DNA from: Nitrosopumilaceae archaeon
Lineage (GTDB): Archaea; Thermoproteota; Nitrososphaeria; Nitrososphaerales; Nitrosopumilaceae
Assembly (NCBI GenBank): GCA_965207375.1
Contig: CBDBMG010000002.1
Coordinates: 192,001 to 256,000, forward strand
Reading direction: 5' to 3'
Length of the DNA: 64,000 nucleotides
Shown: positions 14,299 through 30,903 of the stretch, one piece after another
How positions within the stretch are numbered: position 1 is the first letter of the stretch
Layout: each line of letters starts with the position of its first letter
The notes under the pieces: model-generated
What the model was told of the DNA's origin: nothing
Database searches by the model: none
The model's input: the letters and a program-made list of their open reading frames with translations, nothing else
Position numbers and translations under genes: made by a program

Positions 14299-15189
14299 CA
14301 GGGGCGGATCCAGGGGGGTCATAGGGGTCAGATGACCCCCCTTCCAATCTATGCTTATTCTAAAACAAGCGCTTCAAATAATTATTCTAATAGGCGCTAA
14401 AATAATTATTAATTTGTTGTACTATAAAGCGCAAGAACCGGCTAGATTATGTCTGGGGATTCACATAAAAATTATGCACTAGCTCATAGAGCATTCTTTA
14501 TAACTAAAAGATTAGTTAAATTGCTGACCTGGAATCAGCTAGCTACTGTGATGAATACCCGATACAAGCGCCGCTAAAATATTTTCGATGATTATTTCCT
14601 TGCAAGCACTGGCTACCGTAATATGGCGGATAAGGAGATTAATCAACGTGCATTTGATTCGATGCGGTAAATGATATACTGAAGAGGGATCTCATGAGGA
14701 GGTTGCGCGTCTTTTCTCCCAGGAATTTGAACGTGCGGCTTGCCAGTGGCCCTTTTTGAACTGATGATAGGGCAGAATAACTCAAACTCGAGTTCAAACT
14801 AAAGGTACTATGGTGGATGAAATAATAAATTGTGAGTATTAACAAGATAATACACTACTCAGTCTCAGTGATTTGAATTTTTGCTCACGCGAGTGCTCAC
14901 GTGATGAATCGTCTGCAGAAGATTTTTGATAACAGAAAAGAAGAATCATGTAGTGCACAGGGTTTTAGTATAAATAACTAACCATGCACACGTAGCTTAT
15001 AGCTAGCTATACAATTGGTGAGCTGCAGGAACAGCAGCGAGTAGATTCATGCATCTATAGCTTTCAGTAGGTTACAATGCACTTCGTTTAAAATAATAAT
15101 GTGAATAATTGCAATATGTATATAATATAATTTATACATATAACCATTGCCTTGTGACCCCCCTTTGAAAAATCCTGGATCCGCCCCTG
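14299..15189. mobile_element. hAT-like MITE (CAGGGGCGGATCCAGG termini)
   Basis: 16-bp perfect TIR CAGGGGCGGATCCAGG / CCTGGATCCGCCCCTG; CCGATT flanks both sides. Confidence 0.85.
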
Positions 15190-15893
15190 CCGATTACCGA
15201 TGTGGTAAAAATAAGCATATCGGCAGCCAATATTTTGCTGACCCGATAATCGGTACACCTCTAATCATAAGGCTGGTTTACTTTGAGTATCTCAGAGTAA
15301 CAGTTTTCAAGGGTACGGATTTTCAGTGATCGTTGTTCCCCAAATAACCTTCTTTTCTTTGTTTCCTTAATAGCTATGAGTTTTAAATTAAAATTTTTGA
15401 TGGTCTTTAAACCGCAAAATTTTGTCTCTAAAAAATGACAGAGTAGCTATGCTACACACAACGAACTGATTTATATGCTCCATACTACTTTAATTCTTAT
15501 CCATATAATTATAAACCTCACCTCATTGCAAGCCGTTGGGGAAACAGTTGTCTCTTCAAAAACTTTTCTCACCTCCTCGACTGATCCAGTTTTGAGTGCT
15601 GCAAACAACTTCTCCATTACAATAATTATTTCTGTGTGTCTACTTGAATCTCCTGTTAATTAATAACATGCCAATTTTTAATACTACTAAGCCATGTAGT
15701 AGAGGTGGTAACAAGTCTACATAATGCAACACACGCATACACTACAATGCGTGAAATTTTTGTGGTGTTTGATTTTGCAATAATTACAATCCATGAACTT
15801 CTTTATTACATTGGGTTATATTCACCTTCGAGGAGAATCTTATGGTATGGTATATGTACAGATACATAATATACATACGTACGTAGATAAAAT

Positions 15894-16509
15894 GTGACCA
15901 GTTCTGCAAAAATTAACCATGTGAAGCGTAAAACTGTATTCCACTTTATTGTACAAGCTTATACGTACGTAGCTACACTTAAGAACTATCCATGTATAGC
16001 ATCTCTACTGCGTGGCCAGTGGGTCTGCTTTCCTGGATGGCATTTTGCTGATTCTGTAAAGTCAAGAATGTGAGAATGGCAAATATAGTTGGCACCAATC
16101 AGATAACTGGGACTTGGAACTGCTCCCATTGCTGGTTGTGTAGATGCCTCCTTGGTCTCGCAGAGTGGTATAATATAGTTGCCTTGTACTTTTGGTGGCT
16201 CTTCCTACTCTAAACAATTCCTTACAGTTTTTTGAGCTACCTCGCACCCCTCCATCCCACTCACCTACCCCCTTGCTATGCTGGCCTAAAATTAGTGCCC
16301 ACCTAAAAGAAGTCATCTCAAAAGCCCTGAAATCTACCCATCAGCCACTTGTAAGGTTAGCTATATGAAAGTTAATAGATTACTAAGTTTGTTACTGCTA
16401 ATAAAACTCGGCCAATTAATTAACTTGTTTTTAAAATGGTATATGTACGTATTTCTCGAAATAATACCATGTGCATAGCTACATGGCTGATTTTCCCAGA
16501 CCCGGTCAC
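15894..16509. mobile_element. GTGAC-ended MITE (Sola1-like), diverged
   Basis: AAAT|GTGACCAGTTCTGCAAAA ... TTTTCCCAGACCCGGTCAC|AAAC. Confidence 0.65.
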
Positions 16510-17829
16510 AAACTTTTGTGCAGCTGCCAGCTAGTGCTCATTGACAAATTATAAAACATTAACAAGTTATAGCTACTCTAGCTATATATTACGTATTATG
16601 TAATTTGCTGTTATAATTATGTTTGGTGAAGTTGCAAATTGGTGTTTACTGTAAATTATCTATGGTTAGCAATTATAGCTATACCTTTAAATCGGTGCAC
16701 CCAGAAAGCAAAATTGTTTTCAATACTGGCCCATCCAGTTCTTCACCTGATTCAGTGCCGTCTCCTACATTTTTACCACCGTTTCTGTCAACTCGAAAAA
16801 ATAAAGTCCTCTACTTAAACATTTAAATATGCTTATTTGGTATTCTAATTAAAGCACATCACGTCGGGCATTGTAAAATGGGATTGCTTGTAAAGTTGTG
16901 AGTTGAGTTCTGGAATAAACTCTGTGCCATTAACTTATATGTGCCTTAGTAAGGAATGGAATGGCTTAACAAGCAAGTCATACTTTGTATACCCAGAGGT
17001 ATACCCTCAATTCGACCCGCCTGCATGCGTTTACCACATAGATGCATGTACTTACACACCCTCTATGCAAGATCACTTTCATAACTGTAGTTAACACATT
17101 TACAGTCTCAGTACACAGGCGAGCCAGATTCATTTTTGTGTAAGGGTGTTATTTCACGAACCCCGGCCACAACAAAAATGACTGGTCACTCGGAGTGAGA
17201 CAGAGTCGTGAGACTATAAATGCCAGAAGTAAATAGACGCAACTCATGTGACATCATCATCATGGTGTATATCAAAACAATGATAATTAAATTTATTTAG
17301 TAATGATCATGAATAAAGCCATAGTGTGATAAGAAAAGCAATTACGGTGGAAGTTGTATACAACTTTGGACCAGCCAAAAGTGTATCAAGTTTTCAGGTC
17401 AATTAAAGTACTATAAAGGGCTACTTTGCATGGGATCTTAAACAAGTGTGTGGATTATGCAGTTGTAGGTTCCACTGTAGATCTTCCTTGGAATCCCAGG
17501 GTAATCATCTATAGCGAAGATGATATTTCAACACAACATGCACAATCAGATTTTGTAGATTCAGCAAAGCCACAGTGCATAAAGAAGTGGTCTTGCGTGG
17601 TCAGACCTAAACTGACACAGCACCTTATAGTATAAGGGCTCACACTACGTATATTCAAGTCTGGATAACTTATATAGTATAGCAAGTTCATTCAGGCTGT
17701 CATCTCAAATACAGTGGATGTTGGTTAGTTGAAAGAGTATGCAGGCACTTTAGATGACACTGCAGCAGTATTATACTGCCATGCACTGGCATATCAGACT
17801 AATGCAGCCATAGTTGCCACAAACATGTT

Positions 17830-18060
17830 AGAATGATGCAATTTTCCTATGTCACAGTTGCCGCTGCTGTGTTATATAGATGCATACAGTTCTGCTGTGT
17901 CACATCACTGCCACTGCGTTATACTGATGCAGCTTTGCTGCATCACAGTTGGTGCCGTCATGTTAAAAATAATGCAGTTCTGCTGTGTCATATAGTTGCC
18001 GCTGCTACCATATAATGATGCAACTTTGCTGCATCACAGATGCTTATTTCACAGTTGCCT
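17830..18060. repeat. Degenerate ~45-bp tandem repeat
   Basis: Recurrent gatgca...tgctg(tg/ca)tcaca(g)ttgcc units. Confidence 0.6.
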
Positions 18061-18778
18061 AAATACTCCATTCCCAGTAGAGAGGAATATGGTAGTACAG
18101 CCACCACAACCACTTGGTTAATGGTAACTTTATAGTGTTGCTGTTGCAAGGAAACAGGATACAGTGATGTGTTACTAGAAAGGGTAAGCAACAAGTTTTG
18201 ACCATTATTTAAAATTTATATAATTAGGGGATCGTTAAAACCCGGACCGGAACGGAACGGACCGGACTAAAGATGTCCAATGTATGCTCTACCTGTCATA
18301 CTACTTTCAGCCTGAAGTAAACACTTGAATGTATTTGAGAAAGGCTATTACACTGCAGGTTGAAAGTTGCCATAACTTGGACCCCCTTGAAATGATTTGC
18401 ATAAACTTTCAGATACACAATCTCTATTGATGTACCACTCTGTAGTAAAAGTTAAAAAAATATTGTAGGCGTGAGTTTATCAAAATTAAGCTTCAAAGTT
18501 AAATCTACAGTACTGATTGTGTGAAGCATTGTAAATAGGTATGTGTGAATCAGCTGAGGGACTGAAAGCTTTATCTTTCTAACTATTTGAATGACATATG
18601 CCATTTTCTGAATGATATATGGTGAAAGTCAATTGGCAAGTAGCAGCAGCAGCAACAGCATAAGGATGAAGCGAAGCTGAGTACTATCATGTTGTAGTAA
18701 GAATCCTAATTTTTAACAACTTCTCCAACAACTTCTTCATAATATTTTCTTAGAATCTCTAACAAAAAGAAGTGATAT

Positions 18779-19202
18779 GCTAAACAAAAACACCTTGGGT
18801 GTAAAAAAAGTGCGAAGCCAATCAGAAGCTACAATGGTTATATAAGCGACCAAAAACTCTGATATCAAGTAAGGCCAAGAAGTTGAACAGATTATTAAGA
18901 ATTCTTTCACTTGAATGACATACAATAGTTTACAGGGTACTTTCACAACTATGATTGGCTTTGTCACATGGCCACTTTTTTGTACTAGCTATCATCTTTT
19001 ATAAGGTGGCCAAGTGACAAAGCCAATCATAGTTGTGAAAGTGCCCTGTAAACTATTGTATGTCATTCAAGTGAAAGAATTCTTAATAAACTGTTTAACT
19101 TCTTGGCCTTACTTGATATCAGAGTTTTTGGTCGCTTATATAACCATTGTAGCTTCTGATTGGCTTCGCACTTTTTTTACACCCAAGGTGTTTTTGTTTA
19201 GC
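18779..19202. mobile_element. Foldback MITE: ~200-bp near-perfect inverted arms, ATAT TSD
   Basis: Arms 18779-18975 and 19005-19202 are reverse complements (mirror ORFs MTKPIIVVKV... appear on both strands); ATAT flanks. Confidence 0.88.
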
Positions 19203-19404
19203 ATATTACTAACATGCTTCACACATAAGATCTTCAGGGAGCTAAAACCATACATATGTATGTTAAGTGTATGTATGTATGTATGTGACAAAACATTAGG
19301 CACACTATGACATCAGGTGTATGTATGTATATAACAAAACATGTGATGGAGTCTGAGAAAACCAGTCTTATCTACATACATAAAATACACCTTTTCATAT
19401 TATG

Positions 19405-23915
<4,511 letters not shown>

Positions 23916-24289
23916 ACTGTAGAGTCAGGTTATTAAGTGCACATAGTGGTTGTTAGGTGCATGCATATTACTTGTTGTTAACTAAGGCCAGTGCTAGAAA
24001 TAAGTAGTAAAATATGCTAAGACAGATTGTCTGATCAAAAGAGATTTTGATCAGACATTTATGTAATTTGTTAAGACAGTAACATACTGCCGGATCTCTT
24101 AAAATTTAAACCAGTTAGTATTAACATGTCCATGTATTGAACAGTGTTGAGGACTGGTGATTCTGACAGTCAGAGTGGTTTCTGCTTGGACATTTTGTCC
24201 GACCAAAACCAAAATTGTTCAGAAAAATGTCAATTTTGGTCGGAAAATGTCCGATGTCCGACCACTATTTCAAGCACTGTAAGGTTGAT

Positions 24290-24660
24290 AAGCACATGTG
24301 ACCAGGAACGAGGCAATGTTACACAGAGAAGCTGAAAGTCACTCAGTGGTATTGGAATAATGGTCAAAATTTATACCAAACTTGCAAAAAGTTCGAGCTG
24401 AACTCCAAAACAGTGTTATGGTAGATTAAGGATGAAAGAAGATAAAAAAAACAGCAGGAAGGGCCGTAAACATGTTAAATCTGAGCGAACATTTGCCATG
24501 GAAGACACTTTGTATAAAGAATACCGCAGCCTTTAGCAACGAGGGATAAAAGCTAACGGCTGGTGATTTAAAGCAAGGGCAAAGCAGCTGCTTCAAGTAA
24601 CACTTGTGGAGTCTCAGTTCAAGTTTTCCAATGCATGGTTTGATGGCTTCAAGCAGTGTT
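24290..24660 (+). pseudogene. pogo/Tigger transposase relic (CENP-B/Tc5 HTH)
   Basis: From 24498: MEDTLYKEYRSL*QRGIKANGW*FKARAKQLLQVTLVESQFKFSNAWFDGFKQ, matching the F.FS..WF..FK motif; two stops. Confidence 0.7.
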
Positions 24661-24807
24661 AAGTGAACACTAAAGATTCTGGCAAGAGATAATTTATAAA
24701 AGTTTAATCCCTACTTTTGGCATATGTACTATAATGACTAATATGAGCCAAAAGTAGGGATTAAACTTATATAAATTATCTCTTGCCAGAATCTTTAGTG
24801 TTCACTT
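24661..24807. repeat. ~60-bp-arm palindrome
   Basis: AAGTGAACACTAAAGATTCTGGCAAGAGATAATTTATA...CCCTACTTTTGGC and its reverse complement, with a ~25-bp spacer. Confidence 0.9.
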
Positions 24808-25920
24808 GTGCCAGAATCTTATTCCTTGTTTCCTTACTTTTTGTAGCACTATACTAGTGAATCCCTACTCACCATTTAAATTTTAAATTTTTTATTATTC
24901 TAGTTTGTTAGCTTTTTATAGGGCAATATAATAATCATTCAGGTGCCTATATAGCAGGTATACAGGTGCTTACATAATTATGGCTTCTTTACAGGCGCTT
25001 GTTAACAACCTGCTTGTGTGGTAAAGCAGCTGTGCAAGCAAATAACGTTCTTTAAAAACAGCGAATATATTTGTCCAGCAGCTTGTCGATGTTCAGGCGC
25101 GTAAATCAGAACATCAATAAGTCGATAAGCGGCTGCGCCGTAAATTGGTCTGGAGCGCTAGACTAAGACTGGTCTGCGTTTCACTTTCAGTTGAATTAGT
25201 TTAGTTATATGGAGTCGTGTGGAGTATCATGAGTCGTATGGAGTATAGTTGTTTAAATCAAGTAATGCAACAGTGGATGTGGTGTAAGTTGATGGCTTAT
25301 TTGTGTAATGCGAGGTGTAACAACCACGTGTGTGTATGCGCATGCGTAATACTTAAGTATTGTTACTAAGCCGTATTCCCTCTGACAACATCGAGGACAC
25401 ATGCAACATTCCATGCATGAAGCGATTTGTAACTATAAAACGGCAGGCGCGCATTATTGTACCTGTTAACACCTTGTATGGAATGTTGTGGTCAAGCTGA
25501 AATTGTTTACGCATTCCAATCGATAGAGAAGAAAATAAAGAAAGGAAGTACGTATAAAAGAATCACCATGGCACAGTGGATAAATCGTCTTCGGAACAAC
25601 AGCTTCGTAAATGGGAAGGGATAACCTTTGCTGTGCTGAATTTTTGAAGCCGTACACCTAGCGAAACCCGGTCTTACGGTAGGCTGCATGCCTGGCAGGC
25701 TGGCAGATGAAATACAGGTAATTTTCAAATTTTTTAAAATTCACTATAGATCGAAATAATCGACATTTCGCTTAGTTAAACAAATGTAAAGCATTATTAT
25801 AGCTGTGCCAGTGCGTTTAAGTTGTTTTTTGGGCTAAAGCGTATTGTAAGGTGGGTTTCTAGATGTGCGAAAATTCCGCATTCCATACATTCCTTATCAA
25901 TCTCTACTATTAAGTACTAC

Positions 25921-27097
25921 CAGTGGCGTATGGCGTAGCTAGACCCAAGTTGATGGTGGGGCCAGATTATAGAGGTACCAAGGAAGTTTTGGAAGACTTG
26001 GCCCTGGCTGCACCAGGTTGAGAGTGACAGAAGTATACAACAGTTGCCAAAGGCAACTCAGCTGCGTAGCAGCTTAATCTAGGGGGGTCTGGGGGCATGC
26101 CCCCCCAGGAAAATTTTGAAAATTGTATGCTCTAAAATGGTATTTAGAGTGATTTTTCACCTCAATCATCATCTTTTTTACCTGATGTATAGCTTAGTAT
26201 ATTATACATAGCTAATCGAGTATTAACCATAGCTAGCTACTGTTCATGCATATAATGCATGCAACTTTGCTTAGCTAGCTATAACATATATACTGAAATA
26301 GCTTTGCTTAGCTAGCTAGTGCAGGAGGAAATGCAGGAAGTTTGAGCTATGCCAGTTGCAGTAGTGTTACCAGCTGGTTCATACAGGGTGAGTGATACTG
26401 AAGTAGCACTACTACAGCAACTACTACTGCTACTGCCAGCCCAAGATACATTTAATTCAGTACTTAAATCATTCTCAGCTCTCACTACCAATATCACCTT
26501 GATCGTCATTGTCATCTATCATTTCTATCGTGTACATTACTTTTCTGAGCTTTAATTGTCTGTAATGATTCTAGATGGTCATTTTCCAAAGTTATTAAAC
26601 CGTTGGTGGTGTTGCTGCAGCTAGAATTGGTTACTTCACCAGCCAGGGGGCGGTTCGCTAGGTTCACTGACTCGAGCACTGACTTCAGTCAGGTGATGCC
26701 GCTGACGCGGTCATGCAGTGTCACAAACGATGATATTCTCAAGATAACACACTGAGCCAATTCTCAGTCATTTGTTACCTTGCTGAATGCACTCGAAAGA
26801 GGGCTAGCTGTTTGGGGCGCTTGTCCATGCTATAAACACTAGACACCAGGTAATATTAATTATCAAAATATTTTTGTTGGCGCTTGCTGCGACTGGTATC
26901 GGTGATGAACTAAGTTATTCAATTGACATATGGATACAAATATAAGGTAGCTATTTAGTTACAATTTAAAGTATCTATGCATAAAACAGTTTGGAGTGGA
27001 ATTGGGTCACGTGCTAAATTGATTTGCTGATGGTGGGGCCACAGAGGCTGATGGTGGGGCGAGTGCCCCACTGGGCCCCACTGTAGCTACGCCACTG
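25921..27097. mobile_element. hAT-type non-autonomous element, 8-bp TSD
   Basis: CAGTGGCGTA ... TACGCCACTG termini; TSD AGTACTAC (25913-25920, 27098-27105); subterminal TGATGGTGGGGC repeats. Confidence 0.88.
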
Positions 27098-29732
27098 AGT
27101 ACTACCGTACTTAATGATAGTCTATGATGTTTATACAAAGACCATGCAATGCAAATTTAGCTAGCTAGCTAGCTACCTTATTTGGTCTAGCCATATTGTA
27201 AGTGATTAGCAATAGGACGAACTAGCTAGCTATAGTGTAACCTCAATTCAACGATTCTCAATCATAGCTAGTCAAAACATAATCACAGCAGTCTTATTTT
27301 GCTATTGTAAGTTAGCAAAAATGTTAAAAAATAACTATATCAGTGGCACTCGCTATGACAGCTTTGTCTTGGCATGTCTTTGATATACGCATATAGGAGA
27401 AGAGGTCGTAACTCCGATGCTGATAGCTACCTCGGATACCGACCATGCTACATATACATCATACATCGTCACCATGCATGTGATGAGCGATGATATACAA
27501 TCAACATGTATGTAGCTACTACACCGAATAAGCTGAGTCAGAACCGTGTTTCCCCACAAAATATTAATCTAAGCTATAGTTATAGTCACAGCCGGTCAAA
27601 CTAGCTGAGCTCAGTGTTTGAGTGTATATTAACCGTAATCTGTATATATTTCAGTGTAGGTCGGGATATACGTACATATAGGTGACGTTATAGCTAATCA
27701 GTAGCTATATAGCTAGCTACCAATAGTCTCAGTATAGAAAATGCCAGTTGTTCTCGTGACGCTATAGCTATATTGGATATAATTAGAAAGTATTTTGAGG
27801 GTGAATATATTTCGTTAAGCTAGCTACGTAGCTTTAAATCTTCTGAAGCCATATGGTAAACACCAATAGTACGTAAATTCACTGCGATATACATAGCTAT
27901 ATAAGCACCAACCGTGCGGGAACCGGTGACTATATACGTGGTTACACATGATGAGTGCATGTCGGTCGTAGCTACACTACCATTTTCCATTTAGCTAATA
28001 GCTAGCTGTGTACCATCGATTGCATTTGCGTTTGAACATTTGTGTATCGCGTGATCTGCCACGTAATCCAATCTTCCGGACACATTGCCTTTCTAGCAGG
28101 CTCGCAAGGTAGTTTTATGTAAATCAAACCATATCATCTAGTAACATGGTTAAAATACACCATTATCTTACATTGCGTAGATTACAATGGATCACGCAAT
28201 GTTCAAATGCACGTGCAATCTACTGTTTCATTATTACTATTAATAGATATCATAAACGACAACAAACTTTTTGCAATTTATTGGGTTCACTCATAAACTT
28301 TCACGGTTTATTGAATAAATCAATGTGTACCTCAAACATTTAGTGTATTCACAGCCATCATGTAATTCATGTATAGCTACAACAATTTTATAGCTATTAT
28401 ACATACATATATACATAACTAGCTAGCTAGCTACATAATTATATATATACACGTATATAGTTGTTAAAATTATTAGCTATCTACGTAGCTATAGATACTA
28501 GGGTAATAGCTACAGCTTACATATTTGCTTAGCAGTATAGCTTATGCAATTGTCACAATGTATAACTAGTTAGCTAGATATGTTGTAGCTCGTATACATA
28601 GGTTGTAGCTATAATTGTTTCAGTGTAGTGAAGGCTATAGCTAGCTAGCTAAGTTGTCTAAATGTATTGTATGTATAGCTACCTTGTTGACCATTAGTAT
28701 AAGATAGTTAGCTCTTAACATAAAAATAAATTTCTTTGACTATAAAAGTCTTTATTAATGTTTGGGCAATTAGCTAATTAATGGTCATAAACCCAAACCA
28801 ATCTGATATTATGTAGTTATCATAATAATTATATTATATTTTCTGCTAAATAATTACGTATTATAAATTATGTATGTTAATGATGTATGGATAATAAGCA
28901 ACACATAGCTAAGACTAAAATAATTTTATATCTTGTGATAAATTGATAACATAGTGACATCATAGGGAAAGCATTAATTATGTCAGTATAACTTTTCAAA
29001 AATAAATTTTTAGCTAGTTGGCTTCTGTTGTCACCAAATGATGCATCAAATTTACCCATATACGTACATAGCTAGCTAGCTGCTAGCTAACTGCTAACAT
29101 CAGTAAAATAATCATGTTGTTAAGTAGCTAGCTACACGGTAAAACTTGCCTATGTAGCTAAATATATAGATACAGTGGCGTAACAAAGAATTTTATATTT
29201 GGGGGCCACTATATATATCAGTATATTCATTGAGCAGAATGCTTCACTCAGTTCATGCATGTATCTATCTAGCTAGCTGCTAGCTAGCTTTAGTAGATGC
29301 TCTGGAATTAGGCCTGCGTCGATTATGCTAGCATAATTTTTAGCATAAAGGTGTGCTAAAAAATCAAGCATAATTCCAGCATAATATTGAGTTATATTTA
29401 TGGTGTGCGTGGGGCGCAAACTGCATAATTAAAACATATAGCTACTCATGCCATTTATACAGCCTAAAAACTATAAAATACACTCACCCCCACTGCCATT
29501 TAACACTTCACAACAGCAGAAATTCACAAGGCATAGCTTCTACAACTCGTTAAAAGTCGTGTATTAGGCACCTCTAAAATTAATTATAATAATTTTGTTT
29601 AAAGCTTTTATACCACTGGCATGTGGCAGATCAGAATTATGCAATGCACACCCAATGGTATGTTATACACACTATATTGCTGCATACCAGTGGTGTGTTC
29701 CGTTTATACATATGTACCTTTGTGTGCCCACT

Positions 29733-30632
29733 CACCCGCTTCACATTACGGTTATCAGGTATTACGTACCTGTTATTAAGGAATTTTTACAGGTATTGCC
29801 TGGGTACCATGGTACGGGTTTATGTGTAAGCGCATGGCGGATTTATGCAAACTAAATAGGATTCCTGTAATTGAAATACAGTCTGCTTTTTCTAGAACTG
29901 GACTCTCCTGCTCTCCTGTTTCAGGTGCGTGCTGATTTTATAGAATTATTATGTAATACTTCAGTATCAACTAAGCCACCTGGCTTGCTAATCAGTAGTG
30001 TTCAATGGTCAGTAGACTGAAATCCCTTTCCAGTGCATGCCTGAATTGCCAATGGCTGTAGTTGTGACATAGTAAAGCCCATCAGTTGATGAGTTATGTG
30101 ATTTCCTGGATTGTCAGTGCGGGACGTGAAGGCCCAGGGTGTCACATACATACTTACTGTAGAGTGATCTGCAACCGGAGTCAAGCTCAAAGTTAACAGT
30201 CAAGGTCTCCGAAAACAATCCGTTGATAGATCAAATAAAACTTGAAGCCCACAATCAAATATAACAAGTTTACTAAACATATGAACTTTTACTAGAATAT
30301 ACTGTACTTTTTAATGTAATTCACCTTGCACTGTGCATGCGGCTGTATCTTAGAGTAAATCAATGAAATAGTGAATCAATGAAATAGACAGGTGGTTGGG
30401 TAATGATAAAGCTGCTATGGTGTAATGTGTTACACCTGCATGCTACACAAGAATCTGAAAATAGTAAAAGCACAGGTGTTAAAACCGAGAATTTACAAAG
30501 GAGCAATCTGGGAGGAGCAATCTGGGAGCAACAGAGTTCTGCAGTAAGTCAGCAGTCAAGCAGTAAATCAACAGTCAAGGTTAAATTTTCAGGTCAAGAC
30601 TTTGTCCGCAGTTGCAGATCAACCTACGGTGT
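29733..30632 (+). repeat. Left TIR of KDZ element
   Basis: Reverse complement of 43194-44107 with scattered substitutions and small indels. Confidence 0.92.
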
Positions 30633-30903
30633 GTAGCTATGTGCGAGACACCCCCTTGAAGCAAGTGTCACCAAAACCTGTAACATGGCATGGTAATACC
30701 TGTAAAATTTCCTTAATAACAAATACGTAATACCTAATAAGCGCATGGCAGATTTATGTGAAATAGGATTCATTTGAAATAGGATTCATTTCTAGACCCA
30801 CAATTGAATATCATCAACCCTTGCTATAATATTTAATAGTGCCTGATCTACCTGTCAAACCTGACTTGCTAAATAAGTAGTAATTATTCTATTCTCAAGC
30901 AAC

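Larger units (their letters stand above)
12201..15617 (-). pseudogene. Ankyrin-repeat gene, disrupted (exons 15522-15617, 12413-12749, 12201-12302)
   Basis: Phase-0 GT-AG exons: MEKLFAALKTGSVEEVRKVFEETTVSPTACNE / DGKQPIHIAVREGLLHIVKYLIDELKVNPRTPME (after removing a MITE and a 4-bp insertion) / GVGELLHVASAKGHLNIVKYLIEDCHVDPTCVGQ. These match the ankyrin consensus. Confidence 0.8.

Noticed and set aside
18737-19310. Divergent twin ORFs MTKPIIVVKV...
   Set aside because: An artefact of the foldback palindrome, with non-ATG starts.
30002-30636. Short ORFs duplicated at 43142-43814 as genes
   Set aside because: They are the two TIRs; indels between the copies shift frames, and no domain is recognisable.
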